A DNA stretch of 63,852 bases, filler included, from Syncephalis fuscata S228 (lineage: Eukaryota > Fungi > Zoopagomycota): the NCBI GenBank assembly GCA_025786725.1. It is 7 parts of 7 records of this genome, joined end to end, with 100 filler letters (N's around TTAATTAATTAA, not from the genome) between each part and the next. Parts side by side here need not be neighbours in the genome. Positions count along the whole stretch, not along the records: positions 1 to 20,041 come from JAHLTZ010000170.1; positions 20,142 to 40,903 come from JAHLTZ010000160.1; 5 more parts are not named here. One strand, given 5' to 3'. This document shows, in pieces, positions 13,547 to 25,569 of the stretch (its first letter is position 1; each line of letters begins with the position of its first letter). The notes under the pieces were generated by a model. The model ran no database searches and was not told the origin of the DNA. It was given only the letters and a program-made list of their open reading frames with translations. A program made the position numbers and the translations under genes.

Positions 13547-14767
13547 ATGTATTCCGGATACGCCATCCTTGCTGCCTGCGCCTTAATGGCCGCCGTTGGA
13601 GTACACGCCGCTCCCGCCGATCCAGCTGCTGCCAAGCAATTTGCTGCATTGCCATTTGCACCAAGTAAATTCTCTCCTGAAGGTTTCCCACTCAATGAAA
13701 AGGGTGACGAGTTTCATTTGATTCAAAAAGATGCCAACCAAGCTCCAGTCTGGATGCCAGAGTCGCAAGTATGGGATCTTAAGAAGAAGGATAGTGAATT
13801 CATGGATGTTACCTTTCAGCCTAATTTGGCTGACAAGGCAGAAGAAACACGTCGTTCCCAGGTTCGCAAAGGCTCCAACCTGGTTGCAGAGCCAGCAGGC
13901 ACACTAACACACACGAAGGAAGCTAAACCCATCGTCGACAGTTGTAATACTACCTTAATGAAATCAGCTTTAGGCAAGCTAGTAACATTCAAAAATCGCT
14001 ACTATCGCTCTCCCACCGGTACAGAATCGGCCAACTGGTTGTTCGGCACTGTCCAAGGTTTGGCAAAAAACGCCAAGGACGGCGTTAAGATTAACGTAAC
14101 CCAATTCAAGCATCGGTTTAACCAACCTTCCGTCATTGCACGAATTGAAGGCGAGGCTGGCCAGGTTGAAACCGTCATTGTTGGCGCGCATCAAGACTCA
14201 ATTAATGGAGACAATCCACTTAACGGGGTTGCGCCCGGTGCTGATGACGATGGCTCCGGCACTGTGTCGATTCTTGAGGCATTCCGCGCCATAGTTGACT
14301 CTGGATTCAAGCCAAAGCGCCCAATTGAATTCCATTGGTATGCTGGTGAGGAGGCAGGTCTACTTGGATCACAAGACGTTGCCGCCAGCTATCAAAGAGC
14401 CGGTCGTAAGGTAGCCGGCATGTTGCAAATGGACATGACCGGCACTCCAGCCAACGGTCGTCCCAACGAAATTGGTATGATTTCCGATAACGTCAATTCG
14501 GACCTTACGCAAACGGTCGAGAAACTTGTCGGTCAGTTTGTACCAGATGTTACAAGCAAGCGATTCCGTTGTGGCTATGGCTGCTCTGACCACGCCTCAT
14601 GGACCAAGGCTGGCTACAAGAGCGCATTCCCATTCGAATCGGCCGGCTTGCATGACAACGACAACATCCACACAATAGAAGACACCATCGAAAAGGTCAG
14701 CTTTGATCATGCCGTTCGATTCAGCAAGATTGCTGTTGGCTTTGCTGTCGAATTATCGCTTCAATAA
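13547..14767 (+). CDS. LAP1: Secreted leucine aminopeptidase, peptidase family M28 (M28E-like), intronless
   Basis: Signal peptide MYSGYAILAACALMAAVGVHA; zinc-ligand motifs GAHQDS, GADDDGSG, AGEEAGLLGS, QMDMTG, CGYGCSDHASW, IHT. Confidence 0.95.
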   Translation: MYSGYAILAACALMAAVGVHAAPADPAAAKQFAALPFAPSKFSPEGFPLNEKGDEFHLIQKDANQAPVWMPESQVWDLKKKDSEFMDVTFQPNLADKAEETRRSQVRKGSNLVAEPAGTLTHTKEAKPIVDSCNTTLMKSALGKLVTFKNRYYRSPTGTESANWLFGTVQGLAKNAKDGVKINVTQFKHRFNQPSVIARIEGEAGQVETVIVGAHQDSINGDNPLNGVAPGADDDGSGTVSILEAFRAIVDSGFKPKRPIEFHWYAGEEAGLLGSQDVAASYQRAGRKVAGMLQMDMTGTPANGRPNEIGMISDNVNSDLTQTVEKLVGQFVPDVTSKRFRCGYGCSDHASWTKAGYKSAFPFESAGLHDNDNIHTIEDTIEKVSFDHAVRFSKIAVGFAVELSLQ

Positions 14768-15084
14768 TCATGTTATTGGCAATCTGCTAATCTAATTATT
14801 AATAATGATGTTACGAATAGTATTAATGAATAAATATAATCAATTTAAATGACAATCAACTACTTATCACCACCATTAGTAGCAATTATCTATTTACTAT
14901 TACTCAATTTCATAATTGTATACAATGCGTGTCGGTTAACATCATTATGAACAATTTATTAGCAATTCATTATCAATGTAATTATAATTTGGTGTGTCAA
15001 TTGACTAAACTTGATAATAATTGCGCAATTGAACTAGACTTTTGTTCTATTGAAGATGAAGCCAGACGGTAAGTTTTATTTATG

Positions 15085-15430
15085 ATCAAAATACTCATTA
15101 TCGTAGATTCATTATGCGGTACACATATATCCTCTATCCATATGTATCATTCCTATTTCATTCCACACTACTATATATCATTCTATGACATACTAGACAC
15201 ATTCTATTGTTTATATGCTCCAATATACTTCATTCGCTCCACTCATTACGTTATACACACTGTAACTTTAACATTATTTTATATACTTTCCCACTGTACA
15301 TTTGTCATTCTATATACTATTCTATAATCGTATAGCCTTCCTGCATCCAAAGCTGGTCTTATTTTTGTTCTAGCTTTATTATTTATAAGTGTCGGCTAAT
15401 TCCGCTCATTGATCATGCCTATATGCTCAA
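15085..15430 (+). repeat. Diverged copy of dispersed repeat family A
   Basis: Shares collinear blocks (aaatactcat, atactagacacattct, actgtaactttaaca, atttttgttctagctttattatttataa, cattgatcatgc) with 42495-42845. Confidence 0.65.
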
Positions 15431-16266
15431 TAACTTTAACATGGCTAATCGTCGTTCAATATTGTATATTCATTCTACTATTTATCGTTTTTTATACAAC
15501 CGTGCACTTTCTATCTAGCTAAGCCAGCGTTAGTGCCATTATAACAATGCTATTTGAACTCATCTCTACATAGCACAGACTATATGCACCACGCTTATTT
15601 GTTTTCCTTTCCTTTCCGTTACTTTACCCATCACACTCTTTCTTTCTATTTCTTATTTACACTTGCAATCTGTATTCTTTATTCATCTTACAATCATAAT
15701 CGTAAGTAGACCTCACTATATGCAAGTCACACTTGAGTATATCTTCCCTTTCTTCGTATCATCATGCTTGCTTTGTTGTTATTGTCCCAATGAACATTAT
15801 TTCATTGGTTGAATACACATTCTGTATGTATGCTAGTCATCTACACTATATGTCTTTCCAATGCTGCCCACACATATCGTTTAATGCACTGCGTTGCTCT
15901 ACCATTTGCTACAGCTATCGGCTAGTATTTATATTCTATAACTATAGATAGATTGCACTACACTACTTTTTATTGTTTTTGTTGTTGTGTAACTACTGAC
16001 TCCTTGCTATGAATATTTATTGCATTGTGTTGATAACAATAGTAGCTATAGTAGTAGTAACTATACTAGTAGATTACATGCATATACTGTGATCATTATC
16101 ATATACCTATTTTTTATACGTATAGTATCCATAGTGATTGTTATTTTTGTGCGCAGTGTCTTATTTTACATTTGATGCAATATCGGGATGACCATATAGC
16201 AATATCTGCAATGTATTTACGTAAATCGAAAATTTTGAATCCGACTTAAAAAACTGCCTTCACTTC

Positions 16267-16385
16267 AACTACGTTCATTGCGCCTAGAAAGCACCGGATC
16301 CCGTCCGATCTCCGAAGTTAAGTTAGGCCGCGCTTCTGTAGTACTGCGGTGGGGGACCACGCGGGAATGAGAAGTAATGTAGTTT
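16267..16385 (+). rRNA. 5S rRNA: 5S ribosomal RNA gene, dispersed (not in an rDNA unit)
   Basis: 119 nt. Helix I AACTACGTT/AATGTAGTT; conserved GAAAGCACCGGATCCCGTCCGATCTCCGAAGTTAAG, AGTACT and GGGGACCACGCGGGAA motifs; helices II-V can be paired by eye. Confidence 0.97.
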
Positions 16386-16391
16386 CAGTAT

Positions 16392-16462
16392 GCGTAGTTG
16401 GTTTAGTGGTATAATTACCGCCTGCCACGCGGTAGACCGGGGTTCGATTCCCCGACTACGCA
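16392..16462 (+). tRNA. tRNA-Gly(GCC), intronless
   Basis: Acceptor stem GCGTAGT/ACTACGC plus discriminator A; D-arm TGGTTTAGTGGTATAAT; anticodon arm ACCGC-CT-GCC-AC-GCGGT; T-arm CGGGGTTCGATTCCCCG. Confidence 0.97.
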
Positions 16463-16466
16463 ATCC

Positions 16467-16476
16467 TTTTGCTTTT
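16467..16476 (+). terminator. Pol III terminator (TTTT-GC-TTTT) after tRNA-Gly
   Basis: First runs of four or more T downstream of the 5S start. Confidence 0.6.
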
Positions 16477-17271
16477 GCTGCGACTGATAGGTCACGTGAT
16501 CTAAATACTGAATAACAAGCGTAAAATATAGAAAGTGAGGCTATATACTAAAGGTAATTGCTAGTGCAAGATATAGAGCAGCCGCGTGTAAAAAAGCGTA
16601 GATATCTGTTTTAAAGTGACAAGGGAACTATCCAGCGCGTATATATTTAGAAATAGAAGTAAAAAGACACATGTTTATTTAATGATACAATGCACTTTAA
16701 GTAGCTTGTATGCTATTAAAATAGCGAAAAGAAATACTAATTGTCTGGGTAATTATATGGCCATTTTAGATAGCCATGTGGCCACAATCAATTGGACTGT
16801 AAATGCTTGTTTATTGTCTACCATCTCCGATTGTATATGAGTTCTAATTGCAGCACTAATTGTAAAGTACTATATATAGTCTTTGTTGTAAAATCGTTTA
16901 TTCATCAACATGACAAACGTTGTGAATGGAGTCTAGATCGGTTGTTATAATGACAATCATCGGTCTAAAAATATATTTACAAGCAAATTCAATGGAACTG
17001 CCAACCAATTAGCACTATTATGCTAATAGTCATAGTTTATGATTGTAAATTATGCTAAATCAACAATAAAAATTATAATTAGGGCAATATGATATAAGCC
17101 GTGCGACAATGCAATACATGTTTAGCACTGTTACAATAATTAGTGATATAGAACTAGTCTTGTTTATTATATATAGAGCATTGTAAATATGTAAATCTGG
17201 AGGTTCACACATTAAGCATTCTTCTTCTAATTGAACCTATCAACACCTTTATCAGCACAATTATTATCAAT

Positions 17272-17424
17272 ATGAAGCTTTTTACTACTACCATTTGCAC
17301 ATTTGCTTTGGCGTTTGTTGCTGGCGCAACTATGATTGCTGCCAGACCATTCTCAATGCATCATGGGCCTAATGAATCAAAAGCAACTGTGACCATAAAA
17401 CAGACTAATAGACCTTGTCATTAA
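17272..17424 (+). CDS. 50-aa small secreted peptide (below ORF-track cutoff)
   Basis: MKLFTTTICTFALAFVAGATMIAA-RPFSMHHGPNESKATVTIKQTNRPCH*; typical signal peptide; TATATA at ~17168 upstream and AATAAA downstream. Confidence 0.7.
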   Translation: MKLFTTTICTFALAFVAGATMIAARPFSMHHGPNESKATVTIKQTNRPCH

Positions 17425-18645
17425 TTTTAAACGCATTTTACATCCAAATTGAAAGATCAGCAGTAATCAAGCGTCCCAGCTTGAGTATACCAAGTATTAG
17501 TGCGATATTCAATTTATCCATTGTATTGTCAATAATATTTTAATTGATTTTATACAACAAATAAACTGGATTTACAATAAACCAGATTACATTTACTATA
17601 TCTATCATCTATACTAGTTAAAGAAAAAAATAAAATGCGTTATTAGTTATTTTTGTTGTATTTATTGCCGTTTGAATAGTATTTTGTTATAAATATTTGG
17701 TTTTAAAATATGACAAAAATGTTGCAATTTTCATAGCGTGCTTATTGCTTGAAATTAAACTGCAACATATCAATTTGCAAATTAATGAATAGCAATGAGT
17801 AAACTGAATTGTTTATAATAATTATAGAATTAGCCGAAAATAGCAGAGCTGATAGCATCACCATTTTCGAGTTAAAATATATACACTAAATGAGATATAG
17901 CCTAAATTATTTGTTTAAACCACGCAAGCAAAAATGTAATGCAGCGACAAATCAAGCGCGTAATACAGTTTGAGCAATAGGCCAAAACTAGCATCCTATT
18001 TGTATGTACAATTTATTAAATTACAAATCAAGCATCGTTAAAGCTACTACTTGATTCGCATTGAAATTAAGGTGTTCTCAAGTTACAGTTCTTTATAGTT
18101 ACTACAAACTTATAGCAAAAAATTATGATTAAATATCTTTACCTTGTGTTAGCAGTTTTAAATAACATAGCTGTAAAGTTAGATATTCAGAATGTTTAAA
18201 TTGCTGCAAATTGCTCTATATCTTTTTTATTTTTTTTCACAAAATTTTATATACTTTGCCACATGGCTATTTGCTAAAAAAAATCGCATTACAAATATGG
18301 CAATGACAACGTGTTAGTGAAACAACGCTGTATTTCAAATTCAGAATCTAAGTTTTTCCGTAATGTTTGTATACCATTTCAGGCCCACTGCCATTTAATT
18401 GTATCTCCGATCTATACTAGATCTAACAAATGACTGTCACGCCCGGCGCATAGCTATGAGCATACTGATTTTTGCGATAACCAGCTTGTTATAAAACGCA
18501 GTGCAAATTTAAGCAATTTCTCGCGTTTTTTACTTTTGAATCTTATCTCCAATAACGTTATCGTCAAAACTACATCATTTTAAGCCTCTTACGAATATCA
18601 TTTTAAAGCAATTCCTTATTTTCTAGACAAGTTAAAATCGTTGCA

Positions 18646-19744
18646 ATGATATTTCACAACACATTTACAACTGCTACGGTTGCTATCGTATTTTTGCTTG
18701 TATCAAAAATCCAGAATAATCCTGATGCACAGCCAATTATAACTCAGAAACAAATATCAACTGAATCGATTGGTATGGAAGGAAGTAAGCTGTGCTGTGT
18801 TGTTTAAAATAACATATTAGCTAAATTAAATCAATAGATGGTGGCTACTTTTTTGGATATTATATGCGTATAGGCGGAATATTTGGAGATAAGAATCTAA
18901 GAGCTACGGGGCCTGTTTACAAATCAAATCGAAATGTTAACCACTATCAAGCAATGGGTGAAATATTTGGTTTAGCCAAAGAAGATAACAAAAAAGTTAA
19001 AATCATATGTGGCCCTAAAGCCCAAACTATCGATTCGATTAAAGACGACGGAGAATGGTACATTTCTGACAAAGAGTTTTTGTTTTATCAGGTATTGTCT
19101 AATCATGAGTTTAACATAGTAGTTAACATAATTTATGATAGAAATGCTCAGAGGAAGGCTCTAAACGGCCAGGAAACAAGCCACTATTACGAAATCTTGG
19201 ATGTAATATTATTAAAACCTACGACACCAACAAAAATCATATTTGCTATTTAGCTGAATTTATTGAACCTAGTGGTTATACGCTTAGTTCACCATTGCTC
19301 AACCAACTCATTACAATGAAACATGGCGCTTTCAATACTGTGTATAAGCAATTTTCACAAAGTATGTGTTCCATAAATTATTGTAACATACTTATAAGTT
19401 TGTGAAATAGGTATCAGGCTTGCAAAAAAGCTAGGATTTCTTTATACAATAGATAAAGAATGTAAGTTTGTAATTATATCACTATATTATAGCTTAAAAA
19501 TTTATTAGGCGTGAGGATACACAATAATTTCGATGTTGCAATGGATTGCTTTAACGATTTAGATCTCGTTAAGCTTTTATCTAAAACAGAGCACGATGAA
19601 AGAATTATGTTTTACAATGCTGGTATTTATGATTTTTTCCGGGGAGTTACTCTCACTACTAAGCTTAGTAAAGAAGATCAAGATAGAATGCACAAAAATT
19701 ATATTGAACCTTTATTGGTGCCTGGAGTGGAGTTTTTAAATTAA
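18646..19744 (+). CDS. Secreted kinase-fold-like (pseudokinase) protein; 4 exons with one apparent frameshift at ~19235
   Basis: Hydrophobic N-terminus MIFHNTFTTATVAIVFLLVS; introns ~18785-18837, 19362-19410, 19462-19508; remote kinase-like order KVKIIC...EFLFYQVL...HICYLAEFIEPSGYTL...YKQFSQ-GIRLAKKLGFLY...VRIHNNFDVAMDCF. Confidence 0.55.
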
Positions 19745-20041
19745 CAAAAAAGCTTTATTTAAGGCATGTTAAAAAATGGTAACAATAAAGCTCAGCTGAT
19801 CAGATGCGTCTGAATTCGTTGGGCAAATGGCTATGCAGTTTATACGTTTTATAAACGGATTAGAGACAGTTTTTACAAATTAAATAAATAAGCCTTGCTT
19901 TACATTTGTTATTAACACAAAACAGTTTAAAATTAAACATGATCGACATGTAATAGTATTCTTATTCCATTATTATGCATTTAATAGTTAGTATAAAATG
20001 AGTCAAAAAATATAATTTAAATAGCAAGATCCACAAAAACC

Positions 20042-20141
20042 NNNNNNNNNNNNNNNNNNNNNNNNNNNNNNNNNNNNNNNNNNNNTTAATTAATTAANNN
20101 NNNNNNNNNNNNNNNNNNNNNNNNNNNNNNNNNNNNNNNNN
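20042..20141. other. Artificial contig-joining spacer N44-TTAATTAATTAA-N44; identical at 40904-41003, 50650-50749, 56000-56099, 60987-61086 and 62436-62535
   Basis: Six identical 100-nt blocks whose 12-mer puts stop codons in all six frames. Confidence 0.97.
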
Positions 20142-22483
20142 ATTCTAAAAAAATTTCCTTTTTTTTTCTTGTTTTATAAAATAAATACACTGCTTTTCAC
20201 TTTTATTTAGAAAAATACATTGTTTTAAACTTTATGTAATAAATTATTTTTTAAGTTTATTATAATAAATTTAATAAATAAAAATAAATTGTTCTTTGCT
20301 TTTATTTATCGAGATACGCCGTTTTGAAAAACCTATCGCAATGTCTACCAAACTATTTAAAAAAGCTATATTTAACAGCATTGAAGAACTGAGGATTGCT
20401 GTTGACGAGTTTAAGCTTGTTAACGGTTGCAATTTAAGAGGAAAAATAGTGATTCAACAAGATTACAGCTTATTTGCCCTCATGAAGACCATTTTAGCAA
20501 CAAATGTCAGTTTGTTTTGACTGCCAGAAAGCAGAAAACTGGCTTAGTAAAGATTGTTCAATGCAATCTTGAGCATTTTAATGACTGTCCATATAACACG
20601 GGTAATGGTACTATTAAGTCTATTGCTAAATATATTACGAATGATGTTGCTACATTCTCAATTGTAAAACCAAAAGATGTACAAAGAAAATTATTAAAGT
20701 AGGTACATATTTGATTATTTAATATACACTAACAACTGTAATAGTTCAACAGGAGTTGATATTTTTTATTACAAAGCTTGGTCCGCCCTTAATTCGATGA
20801 AAAAGAATGATATTAACAGCAATATCAATTCTTTTTCATTTATTAAAGATTACCTTATCAAATTCGAACATTTTAATCCGGGTTCTGTTCAGCACTTCTC
20901 GCAGAACCAGTCTGGTAACTTTGAAAGGGCATTTTTATGTCCTTCATCAGCTATTAAAGCTTACCAGTATACTCGTAAAGTACTGGTAATTGATGGCTGC
21001 CATTTAAGATCTTCTTATGGCGGTGTTGCTCTTACTGCAGTTGTTAAAGATGGAAATAACAATATTTTCCCTTTGGCTGTTGCTATAGTATCTCATGAAA
21101 ATGAAAACAACTGGGTTTATTTTCTTAAACATCTATCAGACTCAATACCTAATTAAGAGAAAAAAATCAAGTCATCATTAGCGACAGAGATAAAGGAATA
21201 GAGTCTTCGATAAGGACTGTATTTCCCTTGGCACACCACTCTGCATGTGTTGCTCATATCGAAAGAAACATCAATGCTGAATTTAAAACAAAGCTTAATG
21301 GTTTAATATGGAAAGCTGCAAAAGCTTTAACTAGTAAAGAATTTGATGGTATTTATATTTATTTAAATTACATTCAAAGTACTAATTTATTTTCTAGATT
21401 CAATGAAAGTGATACGGTCATTAAATGAGCCAGCTTATAACAAGCTAATAGGCTCAGCAAAAAACTGGGCTAGATCATCTTTTAAATGGCCAAGATTTGG
21501 TTGCGTTACTTCAAATTCATCAGAGTCATTGAACTCATGGATGAACGACCTTCGGAACAAATCCCATTATCAATTTTTTACTGGATTTGTCGCCAAAGTT
21601 GGAACTTTGTTGAATAAGCGTAGAATTAAGTATTCACAAGCTCAAGGATTGTTAACTAATAATAGCTATTTATTGTATAAATCAACATTAACTGACGCTA
21701 ATAATTATATAATTGACGATTATTCTGATACCAAATTTCAAGTTAAAGATATCAAGTCTGGTATTGTCAGAACAGTAGATTTAACTGCAAAAACCTGCAC
21801 ATGTGGATACTGGGAAGAGATGAAGTTTGTTTGTAGTCATGTGGCAATAATTTTGAAGAATCTTAAGCTCTTATTAGATGATTTTATTGATAAATCTTAC
21901 ACCATTGATTATCTAAAAAAGTATATGCTCTAGAAATTTGTCCGGTTGAAATGGAATCAATTACTGCAGGAATTTGTGTTTGCCACCGAAATAACGAAGA
22001 AAGCCGGTAGACCAAAAGTTAAAAGAATTAGATCTTGTGGTGAAGCTTTGGAAGCCTCTCAGCGATATGCTTGTCGCAATTGTAGCTCAAAAGGACACAA
22101 TACAAGAACATGCTCTGTAAACACTAGCATTAGTAACGCTGAAACAAACACTTTTATTGAAGAACAAATACAAACTACTAGTGAAACGGCTATCAAAAAA
22201 AGAAAGCGTGTTATTAAAGAATGTTTAATTTGTGGTGAACGCCATTACAAGAAAACGAAGTGTGGGGTAAATAAAAAATGATTTTATTTATTAAATTTAT
22301 TTAATAAACTTAAAAAATAATTTGTTATGGTAAAGTTTAAAAACAATGTATTTTTCTAAATAAAAGTGAAAAGCAGTGTATTTATTTTATAAAACAAGAA
22401 AAAAAAGGAAATTTTTTTTAGAATTTAAAAAAGAGTATTTCTGTAATTAAAACCGAGAAACGGTGTATTTTCCAAAATTGCCC
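20142..22483 (+). mobile_element. Mutator/MULE DNA transposon with long TIRs; left end truncated by gap
   Basis: 20142-20285 is the reverse complement of ~22281-22424; right TIR continues to ...CGGTGTATTTTCCAAAATTGCCC; transposase lies between. Confidence 0.92.
20341..22281 (+). pseudogene. MULE transposase with SWIM finger and zinc knuckle, disrupted
   Basis: DDE residues in IDGCHL, ISDRDKG and NSSESLN; CVAH motif; SWIM CTCGYWEEMKFVCSH; knuckle CRNCSSKGHNTRTC; in-frame stop at 21154-21156 and several frameshifts. Confidence 0.88.
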
Positions 22484-22650
22484 TAATAAATTTAATAAGT
22501 TTAAAAGGAATTTATTATGGCAAAATTTAAAACAACGTATTTTTCTAAATAAAATTTAAAAACAGTGTATTTATCTTATATGTATCAAATTTTTTAAAAG
22601 TGCATTTTTGCAATTAAAATTAAAAAACGGTGTATTTTCAAAAATTTTCT
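22484..22650 (+). mobile_element. Older MULE TIR remnant abutting the younger element
   Basis: Diverged second copy of the right TIR ending CGGTGTATTTTCAAAAATTTTCT. Confidence 0.75.
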
Positions 22651-23072
22651 TTGTTATATGATATAACTTTATACTTCAATATATGGTGATGTTTAGAATG
22701 ATGCGCTTCAAAGGGTAGAGCTATTAATTACTTGTTGATATGTAGGCCTCAAATAACTATTTTTGATTAACAATCTCGTGTTTGTAAAATAGGCCGAGTT
22801 TCCGAAAAGCAAGTATTTATATGTGCCTCCTTAATCGTTACAGTCAACAAAATTTCTGAATGGCCCAGGCACCAGTCTCACGTGTGTAACACTCATATAT
22901 AACCACATGATAAGTTTCCTTGACTGACTTGTCCATCAACCCCTTTATAAACAATATTCCTGGTCGCTTCCCACGTATTTTCTTTGTTAGGTTTCAACTT
23001 ATCAGTTATTCGTACAAGTTTTTGTTAGTTTTTAGGCAATCATACTTTTTAATATAAATTAATTTTTAAAAT

Positions 23073-25420
23073 ATGACCGGTGACAATAAGGTTATGAATG
23101 AATTTACAGCAATGGAAGGGTCGACTTTTACCGAAGTCAAGCCAAGTCATTCAGACAGTAAAGATATTATAAACACGAGTCAAGACACAGTTTCAATCGG
23201 CTCTGATGAATTTACTGTCAATAATAGCAGCGATGATATCAGCAATACGTGCAGTGGCGATAGTCGTGTGCTTCACCAGCAAGAAGGTGTGAATAGCTGG
23301 TGGAAAGGTGGAGGTAGTCGTTATTTGGCTGGCACGCTGCAGCTGGCACGGGAAACGATGTCAACGTACGATAAAACCAGCAAACGAACAGCAGCGTTTT
23401 TAATTTGGTCGCATTGTACAAGCCCAACCGATACTAAATCAATTTCACGCTCGAGTATTTTACGGCTGCGACGGGCCTTAACAATGAAGAAGAAATCAAA
23501 AGGTATTTATTAATTATTTAAATTTGATTAATTATTTGACACATATTATTTTTACGCTATTAGATAATCGAGTAATTCGGGTGCCGTTAGAAAGATGCTA
23601 TGCCGTTCATCGTACATCGTTGTCGATTCTATCGGAGGGTATCAAGGATCATCGGTTGTCGATGGTGGTGGCAGCAATTTATTTTCAGCCTTGGCAGCTC
23701 TTAAGCATATTGCACCAATCGAAGGATTGAACGATGCTGATCAATTTGCAGAGAAGCTCAAAATAACAACTCGGCAACTTGAGGCGGAAAGGGAGAATAG
23801 ATCCGAGGAAGCAAAGAGTGGACAATATTTGGTTACAGTATTCGGTGTAGAACAAACTGGATTGAAATCACGTCTTAGAGCATGGACATTTGCATTTTTT
23901 AGTGATGTTATGGCCGATGCTTGGACAATGTGGCTGCGACAAGAGATTTACGGGCCAAAAGGTAAGCAAATAAATAATCTAGTATTCTATTTTTATTGAT
24001 ATAGTTTATTAATCTTCTTGATCTAGGCTTACCACCTCGATCACATATATTGGCGATTCTTAATCCATTCGGCGGTACACGTAGTGCTAAACATATTTAC
24101 CAACAAATAGTTGAGCCTATGATGAAACTGTCTGGCGTTAATGTTACATTACTTGGTAAGTGAATAATAGAATAGAACAATTAACACTAGAACTGTCGAT
24201 GCTAATGCTGACCATTATAGAAACGAAGCGGGCTAAACACGCAACTGAGTTTGTACGGGAATTAGATTTGAATCAATATGATGGATTAGTATCTGTTAGT
24301 GGTGATGGGCTGTATCATGAGATTGTGGTAAGTTACAGCAATACAAATTGTGATGACAAAATTGTGACAGCTTTTTATTAGAATGGATTATTATCACGAG
24401 AAGATTGGAAAAAGGCATGTCAGTTTCCTATTGGTATTATTCCAGCCGGTATGTACTTCCCAATATAAATTATGCACATATTAACATTATTGGACTCGAT
24501 TGATATAGGATCTGGAAATGCTATGGCAGTTTCAGTCGATCAACCTACACCGGAACTTGCCACTACATCGGCCATCTGTGGTAAGTTTATTTAGCATTTC
24601 TATTTTATTGCGATTCTAATTGTATGTTATACTAGGACAAGTACGTCCTATGGATATTATGGCAATTACATCACTGGAGCGCCAAGAGGTCTTTTATGCT
24701 CATGAAATGGTTACATGGTCGCTAGTAGCCGACATTGACATTGAAGCGGATCGTTTCCGATGGGCCGGTCCAGTTCGATTTACAATGTCGGGTTTATGGC
24801 GTATTATTAGCCTTCGACGATACAAAGCACGTATACACTATCTATTAGACGAAAAAGACCCATCAGCCAGTAAACTATCCAAGTCTGTGGAAAAAGTTGA
24901 AGAAGAAAAAGATCCACAAGTACTTGATGCTAGTGTACCCAGCTCACGACACGGTCCTTCGCTTAAGTATACACAATTCTGTCAAGGACAAACAGATCCA
25001 TCCTCATTAGCGCTACCCAAGCATTGGCAGTCTTACGAGGGACCAATTGCCCACTTTATAGCAAGTTCTTTGCCATGGATCAGCGCCGATGCCTATGTTG
25101 CTCCGACAGCCGGCATTAGTTCAGGCCATATTGATCTTATTTGGATGGCCGAGCCAGATCATGGACTACAGCTCATACCGCTTCTAACGGACAATGGCCG
25201 AGGCGAGTATTTGAAATCACCACATGCCCGATGGCATCAAGTGCGCGCCATGATTTTAGAGCCGTTGGGACGAGTGCGTGACGCCAACCTACGAGGTATT
25301 ATGGATGTTGATGGTGAAGTCGTGCCTTGTGAAGCATTGGCCGTTGAATGTCTACCAGGACTGGCTCGTATGATGGTGCCTAACTGGCTAGATGAAGCTC
25401 AAGTAGCGCGCCGAGTGTAA
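23073..25420 (+). CDS. Sphingosine / long-chain-base kinase (LCB4/LCB5-like, DAGK-type catalytic domain); ~7 exons
   Basis: Motifs LAILNPFGG, ETKRAKHA, SVSGDGLYHEIV-NGL, IGIIPA-GSGNAMA, ADIDIEADRFRWAGPVRF and DVDGE across GT-AG introns. Confidence 0.92.
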
Positions 25421-25569
25421 ATAACTAATCATTATCTTACCAATCTTTTCTTTATAATTTCACTATTTTTTTAGTAAACAAAACAATTTAATCTAAATGT
25501 ACTTGAATGGCAATAGTGTGCAGTTATTATTAAAATGCTTTATTTATCATCATTTATATGGTATTAGCT

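Noticed and set aside
20042-20141. TTAATTAATTAA palindrome recurring six times within N runs
   Set aside because: Identical 100-nt construct at every gap: an assembly linker, not biology.
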